This document shows positions 1 through 9,074 of a stretch of DNA of 64,000 nucleotides, one piece after another. The position numbers and the translations under genes were made by a program. The DNA comes from Syntrophales bacterium (lineage in GTDB: Bacteria; Desulfobacterota; Syntrophia; Syntrophales; UBA2210). The notes beneath the pieces were generated by a model, which was given only the letters and a program-made list of their open reading frames with translations, had not been told where the DNA came from and ran no database searches. The DNA is taken from NCBI GenBank assembly GCA_963662405.2, contig CAXXKT010000001.1:1952001-2016000 (forward strand). Direction: 5' to 3'. Positions within the stretch are counted from its first letter, which is position 1, and each line of letters begins with the position of its first letter.

Positions 1-103
1 GCAGATAATCTACATGAACCTAGAATGTGCAGCCCGAGTTGTGCATCTTTCAACCCGCATTCGATAAGGTTGGCTGACGAATTGTGGTGCTGACTTGTAT
101 TTG
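1..103. repeat. Direct repeat copy A (may extend beyond window start); partner at 3701-3803
   Basis: gcagataatctacatgaacc...cttgtatttg is near-identical to 3701-3803, offset exactly 3700 bp, with a few mismatches in the 3' half. Confidence 0.95.
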
Positions 104-190
104 TAGTCAATAAATGTGGGAAATGGATTCGCGGCTTGGCTTTCAATCCGTACTGTTCAGGCAGGATAAAGGAAAATGCCAGAGTGTCGG

Positions 191-598
191 TTATTGACGC
201 CACCTACAAAGGCTCAGAACAACTCCGGAGAAAAATCGGTTATTACTGTTTGAACTTGCCCCCTGTAGTTGATAATCTTTCTCCCGGAATAATTTCAGGC
301 AAACATCCACTGCATCCGCATCGTAAATGATCCCCCGGTTATCCTCGATCTCTTTCAGGGCCGCATCAATACCCAGAGCGGCACGATAGGGACGGTGGGA
401 GGCCATGGCTTCGACTACGTCGCAAACGGTCAGGATGCGGGCCCCCATGACAATCTCATCCCCCCTCAGGTTTCTCGGATAGCCCGAACCGTCCATCCGC
501 TCATGGTGTTGGTAGACAATATCTGCCAGAGGCCAGGAAAATTCGATGTCCTTTAGTATGTCATAGCCTGCCTGGACGTGATTTTTGATCAGGTCGAA
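191..598 (-). pseudogene. C-terminal fragment of an HD-GYP phosphodiesterase
   Basis: Translates FDLIKNHVQAGYDILKDIEFSWPLADIVYQHHERMDGSGYP...ARILTVCDVVEAMASHRPYR; HD motif and start are missing; begins right at the stop of the upstream gene. Confidence 0.85.
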
Positions 599-600
599 AT

Positions 601-3327
601 TTACCTTTGTTCTGCGGGAACATGTGTGCGCAGCAGATCGGCAAATTGTTCGGGCACAACGGGTTTACTGAAGTAGAACCCCTGCATTTCATCACAGGAG
701 CGTTCCTGCAGAAAGTCCATTTGCTCCTGAGTTTCCACACCTTCGGCCACAACGGTAAGCCTGAGAGTCTTGCCCATGGCAATGATCGCCTCGGCGATCG
801 CTTTGTCCCCAGAATTGTCAGGAATGTTACGAATAAAGGATCGATCCACTTTGAGTGTGTCAACTGGGAAGTGTTTGAGCTGGGAGAGAGAAGAGTAGCC
901 GGTACCGAAATCGTCGATGGCAAGCCTCACACCCAAGTCCTTGATCTTCGAGAGCACCTTGATCATGCGCTTGGGGTTATGCATCACCATACTTTCGGTG
1001 ATTTCAAGCTCCAGCAGATTTGGCTCCATCCCGGATTCGTCCAGCGCTGCTTTGATATCTTCGAGCAGACCGCCATCCATGAGCTGACGGAGTGATAGAT
1101 TTACGGCCATACAGACAGGGGGAAGGCCCTGGTTTTGCCAGGCGACATTCTGGGCACAGGCGGTTTTCATGACCCATCTGCCGATGGGCACTATCAGCCC
1201 TGTCTCTTCGGCTACCGGGATAAGTTGCATGGGAGTCACTGAACCAAGCGATGGGCTCTGCCAGCGCAGCAGGGCTTCCACCCCGGTGATCGCACCGGTC
1301 TTAAAATCAAGCTTGGCCTGATAGTGCAAAGAGAGTTCGTTTCGCTGCAATGCCTCCCGCAGGTTAGTCTCGATCGAGAGGCGTTCGATGGATTGCGTTT
1401 TGATGCCCTTGGAATAAAACTGGTAGTTGTTTTTTCCTTCCTCCTTGGCAAAATACATGGCTATATCGGCATTTTTCATCAAGGTCTGTTCGTCCATGCC
1501 ATCTTTGGGATAGATGCTGATGCCGATACTTGCTGTTACACGGCATTCCTCACCCATGATTGTCATCGGCTTCATGGCGGTAGAAAGGACATTCTTGGCC
1601 ACGGTGGCAATCTTGCTCAGATCACCCACCTCCTCAATCAGTATGACGAATTCATCTCCTCCCAGACGGGCGATGACGTCGACCGCCCGCAGAGCCTGCC
1701 TCAATTGAGTTGCCATTTCCTGTAGCAGCAGGTCGCCGGCTTCGTGCCCCAGTGTGTCGTTGATAATCTTGAAGCGATCCAAGTCGATGAAAAATACAGC
1801 GAGTTCTCGCTTATAACGCTGCGCTGCCTGAATTGCATGGTTCAACAACTGGCTGAACATCAAACGGTTGGGGAGGTCGGTCAGGACATCATGTGTGGCG
1901 AGATACTGAATTTTATCTTCGGCACGTTTGCGCTCGGTGATATCGCGAACAATAGCCTGAATGTACTGTTTACCGGCTATTCTGAAGGCATTCAGGCTGA
2001 CCTCTGCATCAAACAAGGTCCCATCGTAACGACGGGGCGTCCATTCGAAAAACTGCGGCTGACCTTCGACTGCCGCATTCATTCTTTCCCGAGCTTCCTC
2101 CACGGATTTTTTTCCATCAGGCTGAACTTCCGGAAAGAACGGGTCAGGAGGGTGCCCGATGATCTGCTCCCTGGTACACCCGAACATTTCCAATGTCTTT
2201 TTATTGCAGTCAATAAAGATATTCTGATCCATCAGGAAAATAGCGTCACTGGCAGACTCGAAGAGGGTCCGGAATTTGGTTTCGCTTTCCCGCAGAGCCT
2301 CCTCCGCCTCTTTGCGCTCGGTGATGTCACGGTCGATTCCTCGGTAACCGATAAATGCCCCCACCTCATCAAAAACCGGTTCACCACTGGTTTCTAATAC
2401 TACCGGCCTTCCATCCTTATGCAGGTTAATGTTCACCAGTCCCGAGAACGCTTCGTGCGTAGCGATATAACCGCCGAATATACCTGCAACCTCGCTGATC
2501 CCTTCCGGGGGCATTAAATCGAAGGGTGTCTTCCCGATAACCTCTTCAGGTTTGTACCCAAGGATATCCCATACCTTCGGATTGGAATAGGTATATATGC
2601 CTTCGTGATCCACTACCCACATCCAGTCGCTGGACTTTTCGACTAAGTTCCGATACTTCACTTCGCTTGTACACAATGCCTCCTCCGCCCGTCTGCGCTT
2701 GGCAATTTCGCTTTGGAGCTGCTCATTTGTGTTCCGTAGATCTGCTGTGCGTTGTTCAACCCGATCTTCCATGCTTTTCCTGTCCAGCCCCATCTCGCCT
2801 ATGAGCCGGGCCAGGCGAGAAAAGAAATCCATCATCGTTCTCACCTGGTTCTCGGAAAAGATGGGAACCCTGCTCAACGCTGCCAGGTAGTCAGTTTTGC
2901 CAAACCCAAATTCTTCCGCCTGTCGGATAAAGTATTTTTTGTCCGGCGGCTCAAAGAAAAACTGGCCGGTAAAAAAGTTGGCGACGTGTTCGTCGCCGAG
3001 CATGATAGGTACGGCGGCATCAACCAGACCATTCTTGCACTTGTAGACGTTATAGCCCTCTCCTTTTTTCAATTGACCAGCCAGGATGGTGTCGCTTTCC
3101 CGACAGCGACACGCCGTCGTGATGTGGACTCGGTGAAAACGCGTACAAATATCTTGCCATCCGGTGGCGATCAGGATGTTACCTTCCAGGTCAAGGATGG
3201 CCGTCACTGCCCCGGTGATTGCGGTAAAGCTCTCGCATAACTCGCGTAATTCGCTGATATTTACCAGTTCAGCAAACATGAGGCTCTCCCTGTGGGCTTC
3301 CTTGTCCATAACCTGCTCCTTTAACAT
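601..3327 (-). CDS. PocR-PAS-PAS-GGDEF-EAL diguanylate cyclase/phosphodiesterase
   Basis: PocR-type N-terminus (WQDICTRFHR, YKCKNGLVD), two PAS domains, RAVD I-site plus RLGGDEF, VEALLRW, DDFGTGYSSL. Confidence 0.93.
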   Translation of the reverse strand: MLKEQVMDKEAHRESLMFAELVNISELRELCESFTAITGAVTAILDLEGNILIATGWQDICTRFHRVHITTACRCRESDTILAGQLKKGEGYNVYKCKNGLVDAAVPIMLGDEHVANFFTGQFFFEPPDKKYFIRQAEEFGFGKTDYLAALSRVPIFSENQVRTMMDFFSRLARLIGEMGLDRKSMEDRVEQRTADLRNTNEQLQSEIAKRRRAEEALCTSEVKYRNLVEKSSDWMWVVDHEGIYTYSNPKVWDILGYKPEEVIGKTPFDLMPPEGISEVAGIFGGYIATHEAFSGLVNINLHKDGRPVVLETSGEPVFDEVGAFIGYRGIDRDITERKEAEEALRESETKFRTLFESASDAIFLMDQNIFIDCNKKTLEMFGCTREQIIGHPPDPFFPEVQPDGKKSVEEARERMNAAVEGQPQFFEWTPRRYDGTLFDAEVSLNAFRIAGKQYIQAIVRDITERKRAEDKIQYLATHDVLTDLPNRLMFSQLLNHAIQAAQRYKRELAVFFIDLDRFKIINDTLGHEAGDLLLQEMATQLRQALRAVDVIARLGGDEFVILIEEVGDLSKIATVAKNVLSTAMKPMTIMGEECRVTASIGISIYPKDGMDEQTLMKNADIAMYFAKEEGKNNYQFYSKGIKTQSIERLSIETNLREALQRNELSLHYQAKLDFKTGAITGVEALLRWQSPSLGSVTPMQLIPVAEETGLIVPIGRWVMKTACAQNVAWQNQGLPPVCMAVNLSLRQLMDGGLLEDIKAALDESGMEPNLLELEITESMVMHNPKRMIKVLSKIKDLGVRLAIDDFGTGYSSLSQLKHFPVDTLKVDRSFIRNIPDNSGDKAIAEAIIAMGKTLRLTVVAEGVETQEQMDFLQERSCDEMQGFYFSKPVVPEQFADLLRTHVPAEQR

Positions 3328-3336
3328 AAATTTCTT

Positions 3337-3576
3337 TTAATCTCGGATACTCATCGCCAGTCGCAGACCATCCTCCGATTCCGGTACGGCGATCAAATGG
3401 ATGTGGTTAGGTTAGGCATAAGGCAATATGCCCATACTTCAACACCGCAACGGGAAGACCATTCAGACAACAGGTTTATGTATTCCTGGTAATCTCCATC
3501 GTTAAAGAAGGTTTCCTCCACGTTGGGTTATATGATGTGGAAATCCTGGGACCACTATTCGTGCTATCCTTGTCAT
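3337..3576 (-). pseudogene. REP-associated tyrosine (Y1/HUH) transposase remnant
   Basis: Manual translation MTRIARIVVPGFPHHITQRG / ETFFNDGDYQEY...VWAYCLMPN / HIHLIAVPESEDGLRLAM; two frameshifts (one a 5-bp gttag duplication) and 3' truncation. Confidence 0.85.
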
Positions 3577-3700
3577 AATATGGAACACTATAGCTGAAGG
3601 TATGCATCTTACTTCAGTTCATGAAAAAAGAAAAGTGATTAATATCGTTCGAAATAAAGTATTAACTTAAAAACTGCCAGGCGCTCTCTTTCAGGAAGGA

Positions 3701-3803
3701 GCAGATAATCTACATGAACCTAGAATGTGCAGCCCGAGTTGTGCATCTTTCAACCCGCATTCAATAAGGTTGACCGACGAATTGTGGTGATTACTTGTAT
3801 TTG
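3701..3803. repeat. Direct repeat copy B; partner at 1-103
   Basis: Direct sequence comparison. Confidence 0.95.
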
Positions 3804-3983
3804 AAAGTGTAAACCCCATATTGATTTCCGTCTTATCGAGTACGAGGAAGAATGTTTCAACTTGCTTGAAGTTCAATGGTTATAAAGAAGAATTGCCATG
3901 TTTAGGTTTTATCAGGATCCAGCCAAACATTGTTGGCCTTAAAAGATTGAATGAAACCATAACTTTTTTCTCCTCACTCACCC

Positions 3984-4012
3984 TTGATCTTTGTACGTCA
4001 ATGGCGCATAAT
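3984..4012 (+). promoter_or_regulatory. Sigma70-like promoter of the TA operon with imperfect inverted-repeat operator; probably leaderless mRNA
   Basis: TTGATC-N17-CATAAT ending 7 nt before ATG 4020; tacgtca-a-tggcgca imperfect IR in the spacer. Confidence 0.5.
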
Positions 4013-4019
4013 AAGATAT

Positions 4020-4337
4020 ATGAAATTCATTGAAACTCCAATATTCACGAAGGAAGTCCTTGAACTAATGGAGGACGATGAATACAAGGCATTACAAGTT
4101 GCCTTACTGCTGAGGCCTGAACAAGGAGCCATTATTCCCAAATCTGGAGGTCTCCGCAAAGTTCGCTGGGCAATAAAGGGAACAGGGAAACGCGGTGGTC
4201 TCAGGATAATCTATTATTGGGACAAGAAAACAGAGTCTTTCTACATGCTTTATGTTTATCAAAAAAACAAACAAGATGACCTAACGCCAGATCAGCTCCG
4301 GATCTTAAGTCGATTAGTAGAGGAGGAGCTAAAATGA
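4020..4337 (+). CDS. higB: RelE/HigB-family toxin (HigB2-like)
   Basis: MKFIETPIF...GGLRKVRW...GKRGGLRIIYY; overlaps the downstream HTH antitoxin. Confidence 0.9.
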   Translation: MKFIETPIFTKEVLELMEDDEYKALQVALLLRPEQGAIIPKSGGLRKVRWAIKGTGKRGGLRIIYYWDKKTESFYMLYVYQKNKQDDLTPDQLRILSRLVEEELK

Positions 4338-4624
4338 AAGAACAAGACTTTAATAACCTACTCAAAAGCATTAAGCAGGCTGGAAAAATCCGTCGCGGAG
4401 AGATGAAAGCCAGTCGAGTTCATGAGTTTGTTCCCGCTGATATTAAAGCAATCCGGAACCAACTTCACAAGTCTCAGTCTGAATTTGCCATGATGATTGG
4501 AGTAAGTGTATCAACCCTCCAAAATTGGGAACAGGGCCGCCGTACTCCTGAAGGTCCAGCGAGAGCACTTCTCAAAATAGCTGCGGCAAACCCAAAAGTA
4601 GTGGAAGAAGCCCTTTCCGCATGA
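4334..4624 (+). CDS. higA: HigA-like XRE HTH antitoxin
   Basis: SQSEFAMMIGVSVSTLQNWEQGRRTPEGPARALL; toxin-first operon. Confidence 0.9.
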   Translation: MKEQDFNNLLKSIKQAGKIRRGEMKASRVHEFVPADIKAIRNQLHKSQSEFAMMIGVSVSTLQNWEQGRRTPEGPARALLKIAAANPKVVEEALSA

Positions 4625-4711
4625 ACGAAAGATATGGGCCAACAATCTGCTGTGAGACTCGCAGAAACCGCGCGCCCCACAGCAGCACATTGGAAGTCAG
4701 AAACCTGGAAG

Positions 4712-5014
4712 ATGGGTATACAAAATAACCTAAAGTCAGTCCTTATCCGCGAGGGGTTCACGCAGGCAGAACTTTCCCGGGCCTCGGCTGTGTCAACCGG
4801 AACCACCAATCGCGTTCTGAACCGGCAAAGTTCAGTAGCCTCGATTACTATGTCCAAGATTGTTATTGCTTTCAACATGTCATCTTACAATAAGTACAGC
4901 ATCAGGGGCGTCTTCCCCGCGCGCAGGAAAGAAATCTCCCGCGTCACTCAATCGCCCGATCGCGTAATGCCCGGAGTTTTTGCTCCCCACCCCGTCCACT
5001 GTCCGGACCCATAG
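4712..5014 (+). CDS. XRE-family HTH protein
   Basis: NNLKSVLIREGFTQAELSRASAVSTGTTNR HTH pattern; C-terminal tail may be run-on. Confidence 0.6.
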   Translation: MGIQNNLKSVLIREGFTQAELSRASAVSTGTTNRVLNRQSSVASITMSKIVIAFNMSSYNKYSIRGVFPARRKEISRVTQSPDRVMPGVFAPHPVHCPDP

Positions 5015-5031
5015 CCCTTTGAGAAGGTTTC

Positions 5032-5313
5032 TTACGTAAGGCGGCGAGGGGGCGGCGACGGTGGCGGTCCTTTCGGAAACGGCGACCAGTCACCTCTGAG
5101 GGCTATCCTGTGGGCATCCGCTATCGTCGGGGCACAATCTCTGCACAGATAGCGCAACACGCCTCCGTTACGCCCATGGTACGGACCCGTAACAAACGAC
5201 CACCCCCATGTTCTCCGAAACTCCTGTCTGCACACAACGCACTGACGCCAGAGCAACAGGGGGAACCTCAGAGAGATGCCCTGCTCATATCGCTCTTTGG
5301 GCTCACGCTTCAC
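5032..5313 (-). CDS. Hypothetical phage protein with two CxxC motifs
   Basis: CVVC...CRDC; translationally coupled to the upstream ORF. Confidence 0.55.
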   Translation of the reverse strand: MKREPKERYEQGISLRFPLLLWRQCVVCRQEFRRTWGWSFVTGPYHGRNGGVLRYLCRDCAPTIADAHRIALRGDWSPFPKGPPPSPPPRRLT

Positions 5314-5617
5314 CTTGCTTCCCTCCGTTCTTCCCTCTTGTCCTCTTTTTCCTTGCCAGCTCGGGGCGGGTGTTCAGTCCTTCGAGGTGACCCAGGATTT
5401 CGCCCATGATGAATTTCTTTCGCCACTCCGCTATGAGCTCAGTGTCCGACATCCATATACCTCCTCCCCCCCGGGACTTTCAGGCTGGAAACCCTCTGTC
5501 TCTTGTCCACGCAAGGATCGTGTCGGCGGAGAGTTTGCAGTGCTCCGTTATCGCCTTCATGCCTATCAGTTCCACGCTACCATCTCCGTGATCCGGGTTT
5601 TTCCCCTTGGGGTTCAT
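5303..5617 (-). pseudogene. Small Xis/AlpA-like HTH protein with in-frame TGA at 5480-5482
   Basis: LIGMKAITEHCKLSADTILAWTRDRGFPA*KSRGGGGIWMSDTELIAEWRKK aligns with the paralog at 5614-5937 on both sides of the stop. Confidence 0.75.
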
Positions 5618-5937
5618 TTCTTTTCGCTCGCGTTTGTCATGTCCTTGGCCGGCTTCTTTCCCTGATCCTTCTTCCTGTTGCTGACTTTGCGCGCCGGCCG
5701 TGTCATGATCCGGTCGGTTATCATCTCGGCTGCCCCTTTCGGGACAATGCCTTTCAGGACGTATGAGATATACCACTGATCCACAGCGTCGGAGTCTGAC
5801 AGGAGCGTCCCGCCGGGCTTTCCCGTTGATGATACGGCCGGGAACCCGTACTCTTTGATCCACTGTCGGATCTTGTCTTCCCCCACCTCGCCCTTGAAAT
5901 GATCCAGGATTGCCTTCATGCCTATCAATTTTGCCAT
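5614..5937 (-). CDS. Small Xis/AlpA-like DNA-binding protein
   Basis: LIGMKAILDHF...KIRQWIKEYGFPA...SDSDAVDQW; coupled to terL. Confidence 0.7.
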   Translation of the reverse strand: MAKLIGMKAILDHFKGEVGEDKIRQWIKEYGFPAVSSTGKPGGTLLSDSDAVDQWYISYVLKGIVPKGAAEMITDRIMTRPARKVSNRKKDQGKKPAKDMTNASEKK

Positions 5938-5939
5938 GC

Positions 5940-7850
5940 TTACCACCTCCGTGATTTAGGCTTTTTCTCTTGCGGTTCTTTCCGTGGCGCCGCTGGTACG
6001 GACGCCTGTTCTTTCTGTTGCCTCAGATAGCTTGCCAGCATCTTGAGCGAGGGCAACCATTCGCTGTCGGCGCATGCCGCCGCGATCACTTCACAGTCGA
6101 GCAGGTGGTTGTCCTTCCGGATCTGTTTCCAGTAGGTCTTGCCTCTCCGGTCCCGCCGGAACTCTTCGGCCAGGACCTGGCGCGCGTAGTCGAGACCGGT
6201 GTCCGTGTTGAGCAGGAATCGCTGTGTCTCGCCTTCTTCCCGTTCCATGCGCCAGTGCAGCAGGGCCTTGTACTGGTCGGTGTCGAGGAGTCGCAGCTCC
6301 AGACCGCCGGGAATTGGCTTGTTCGATCGGGGCAGCTTGTCGATCTGCGACACCCTGATCCGGCCTATCTGCCTATGGGTCGCACCCTTGGTCCCGAAGA
6401 CCCTGCCCGGTTGCTGATCTCGTATCCACTGGTAGATCTCCTCGGTACGGGTCCAGATGTTCTCTTCCGTAACGCCGCCCCCGGTATCGATGCCGGCGCG
6501 CCAGATGCCCATCGTCTCGGTCGGTTTTCCCTCGATAGGATATTGCGTGTTGAAGACGAGGTTCTCCACGTCGTCGAATGTCGTCAGGTAGCCGTACTGG
6601 ACCAGCCATGATGTCAGGTCGTCGGCCCAGGCGCGGACGACGAACCAGAACCCGCTTTTCTGAACGTCGATACCCGCGGTCAGGGCGACCGCGTCTTTAG
6701 GGACAATGCCGGCGGCAAGTTCGGTCCTGCCCTCGAGGAGGGCGCTTTCCTTCTTCGGGACCACCGTCTCCCGCCAGACCTCGGCCTTGTGCTGGGTGAT
6801 GTAGACCATCATCTTCGACGGGTCCTCCATCCCACGCATATAGGCGGCGACGCAAGAGGACAGGGAGACAAAGGGACTGTACCAGGACGGGAGATGGAAC
6901 CCGATGACCGGGGCGCGCTCCACCGGGCTGTCCGGGATCCAGCCGTAAAACGAATCGGGGTTCCCGAGCCCGTTCAGGACGGCCTTGTTGCGCAGATGAT
7001 CATCCCACAGCATCCCGCAGGATTCGCACTGGTAGTGCGCCAGGCGCTTGCGGACGATCTCCCGGGGATCGTTGCAGGTCTTCGGCCAGTTGATCTGTCC
7101 GAAGTGCATCACCTGGGGGGCCCTGCAGACGGGGCAGACCGCGTAGTAACGCATCAGTTCGTCTGCCTCCCTTTCGATCATGGGGCCGATGTAGCCGCTC
7201 TCGTCCGTCGGGGTCGACAGGTCGATGGTTTTTTTGGTGAAGGGGTAGGCGTTCTGCCGCTGGTCGGTGAGTGCGATGGGATCGGCTTCCTTGCCGGTGA
7301 AGTCGGGATACTTGTCCACCTCGTCCCGGATCATGTAGCGGACCGATTCGGAGGACATCTCGGCGGCGCTGGTCGCCCAGGCCATCATGAAGTCCATGCC
7401 GTTCGTGAAATTGACATGCAGGGTCGTCGTGTCGGAAACGCCGGGTCCCAGGAGCTCGGCTATCCGGGACGTGGATCTGAACATGGGGAGAATCCGCCGG
7501 CGGGCGATCCGCTTTGTCACCTTCTCGTCGGGCATGATGTACATGCAGGGGCCGGGATCCTGCTCGATCCACTGGCAGAGGGCGTTGAAGGCGACCTGTG
7601 TCTTGCCCGTCTGGGGCGCGAACATGAGGATGATCCGCCTGACATGGGGCTGACTGATCGCGTTCATGGGCCCGACCAGGTAGGGCGTGGTCGTGTTCTG
7701 CCAGAGTCCGGTCATAGGACCGTTCGTGACGATGCGGTACCGCTCGGCCCACTCGGATACGGCCAGGCGTTCCCGGAGACGAAAGACGCGCCTCTCTCCC
7801 GGGGTGAAGGTGAGTGAGTCTTGGCTTTTTAGATCAGGAGCCGTGTTCAT
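5940..7850 (-). CDS. Terminase large subunit, lambda GpA family
   Basis: 636 aa; TPYL, Walker A APQTGKT, Walker B MIRDEVD, STPT, CPVC/CESC, nuclease AGIDVQ, NHLLDC. Confidence 0.95.
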   Translation of the reverse strand: MNTAPDLKSQDSLTFTPGERRVFRLRERLAVSEWAERYRIVTNGPMTGLWQNTTTPYLVGPMNAISQPHVRRIILMFAPQTGKTQVAFNALCQWIEQDPGPCMYIMPDEKVTKRIARRRILPMFRSTSRIAELLGPGVSDTTTLHVNFTNGMDFMMAWATSAAEMSSESVRYMIRDEVDKYPDFTGKEADPIALTDQRQNAYPFTKKTIDLSTPTDESGYIGPMIEREADELMRYYAVCPVCRAPQVMHFGQINWPKTCNDPREIVRKRLAHYQCESCGMLWDDHLRNKAVLNGLGNPDSFYGWIPDSPVERAPVIGFHLPSWYSPFVSLSSCVAAYMRGMEDPSKMMVYITQHKAEVWRETVVPKKESALLEGRTELAAGIVPKDAVALTAGIDVQKSGFWFVVRAWADDLTSWLVQYGYLTTFDDVENLVFNTQYPIEGKPTETMGIWRAGIDTGGGVTEENIWTRTEEIYQWIRDQQPGRVFGTKGATHRQIGRIRVSQIDKLPRSNKPIPGGLELRLLDTDQYKALLHWRMEREEGETQRFLLNTDTGLDYARQVLAEEFRRDRRGKTYWKQIRKDNHLLDCEVIAAACADSEWLPSLKMLASYLRQQKEQASVPAAPRKEPQEKKPKSRRW

Positions 7851-8734
7851 TGTTCGTCCTCCGTCTCTTCGTCTGTTTCGTCTTCCATAGCCTCGTCATT
7901 TCGTTCTGGGGGCGGCAGGATCACCCGGAAGGTCCGCTCCTCGCTGTAGCGGGCCAGGAACGATTCGAAACGGCCGAGAAGCCATTCGATCAGATCGGAT
8001 ATCGTGTCGGCATTGCCGGCGGCGCGGTTCACGATCTCGGATGCCTCGGCCCGCGCAAAGGTCTCAAGGTCGTTCCGGAAGACGGCGGCGCGTTTCGCCA
8101 GTTCTCCCTCGAACAGGTCCTTCGGCACGTAGGCGCCGGTGAACATCTCCGCCTTCATCGTCCAGTGCCGCGCCTGGGCCTTGGTCTTTTCGATCTCCGC
8201 GTGCAGTTTTTCCTGCTGCAGCTTCTCAAGTTTTTCTGAAGCGCTCCCGTCGGCCCGCTTCAGATAGGTCTGCGCATATCGGTCGACCTCATCGATCCGG
8301 TAGGTACCGTCGGCCTCGCATCGGAGTTTCCCCTCCTTTTTGTGCTTGTACACGGCGGACTTCCTGACCTTCCAGCCCTGATCCTGGAGGTACTCGGCCA
8401 CCGCCAGTGTGTTGGCAAGGGACGGAGCGCTCCCCAGGTATTTTTCGGACAGGACCACCAGTTGCTGTTCCAGGGCGGACTCCGCCTTCTGCCAGTCGTT
8501 GAGGCGGGCGGAGGTGGATTCCGCCTGGTAGTCCCGGATGCATTTCACAACGGCGTTGTGCAGGACCTTCAACGCGATCTGGTCCTGCCCGCCGGCAACC
8601 TCAAGCAGTTTTTTTACCTTCTCCTGATCCATCATTCCGTCCGAGATCGCCTGGCAGATCATCCAGGCGCGCTGCGCGTTACTCGCGCGCTTCCAGTCAT
8701 CAGCGACGATCTGATTCTCTTTTCCCTTTACCAT
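7847..8734 (-). CDS. Probable terminase small subunit (HTH plus coiled coil)
   Basis: Overlaps terL start; HTH-like VRKSAVYKHKKEGKL then coiled coil and GAYVPK; positional analogy to Nu1. Confidence 0.65.
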   Translation of the reverse strand: MVKGKENQIVADDWKRASNAQRAWMICQAISDGMMDQEKVKKLLEVAGGQDQIALKVLHNAVVKCIRDYQAESTSARLNDWQKAESALEQQLVVLSEKYLGSAPSLANTLAVAEYLQDQGWKVRKSAVYKHKKEGKLRCEADGTYRIDEVDRYAQTYLKRADGSASEKLEKLQQEKLHAEIEKTKAQARHWTMKAEMFTGAYVPKDLFEGELAKRAAVFRNDLETFARAEASEIVNRAAGNADTISDLIEWLLGRFESFLARYSEERTFRVILPPPERNDEAMEDETDEETEDEQ

Positions 8735-9074
8735 TTACATGAGGCCCCTTTCGTGGTATCGGCACTCACGTGGATGGTAGCGCTTCGGCGCCCTGTGTCC
8801 CTGGCACAGGTTTACGGGAGCTCCCTACTCCCGGAATACCGTCCACCCTTCTTTTTTCCTTCAGTACAAACCGTCAATTATCTCTTTCGGATCTCACCTC
8901 CTCCCGATCAGGCTTCCCCTTTACCATTTACATAGGGGAATCGTTCGTGGTACAGAGACTCACGTGGACAGCAGTGCCGTAACGCCCTGTACTCTACCCC
9001 AGGTATTCCGGGAGTTTCCCAACAGCTCCCGGAATACCCTCCTTTCTTCCTTTTTCGCTTCAATACAAACCATC
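8722..9074. repeat. Diverged tandem duplication (~190-bp period) of a structured intergenic region
   Basis: Shared blocks ccctttaccatttacat, ttcgtggta, actcacgtgga, cgccctgt, ctcccggaatacc, tacaaacc in 8722-8875 and 8914-9074. Confidence 0.85.

Noticed and set aside
595..625. Programmed frameshift fusing EAL to HD-GYP
   Set aside because: No canonical slippery site, and the fragment lacks the HD motif
3330..3810. c-di-GMP riboswitch upstream of the GGDEF-EAL gene
   Set aside because: Consensus elements not found; much of the region is a transposase remnant
1..5030. Second att site (tRNA-Thr 3' duplicate)
   Set aside because: No match to the tRNA 3' end found by eye; it may be outside the window or lost
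5480..5482. Selenocysteine or stop-codon recoding in the prophage
   Set aside because: No Cys/redox context or evident SECIS; TGA and TAG act as normal stops elsewhere in the element
8770..8860. Cloverleaf as a real tRNA gene
   Set aside because: No TTC T-loop, D-loop GG or 7-nt anticodon loop in the expected positions; kept only as a candidate ncRNA
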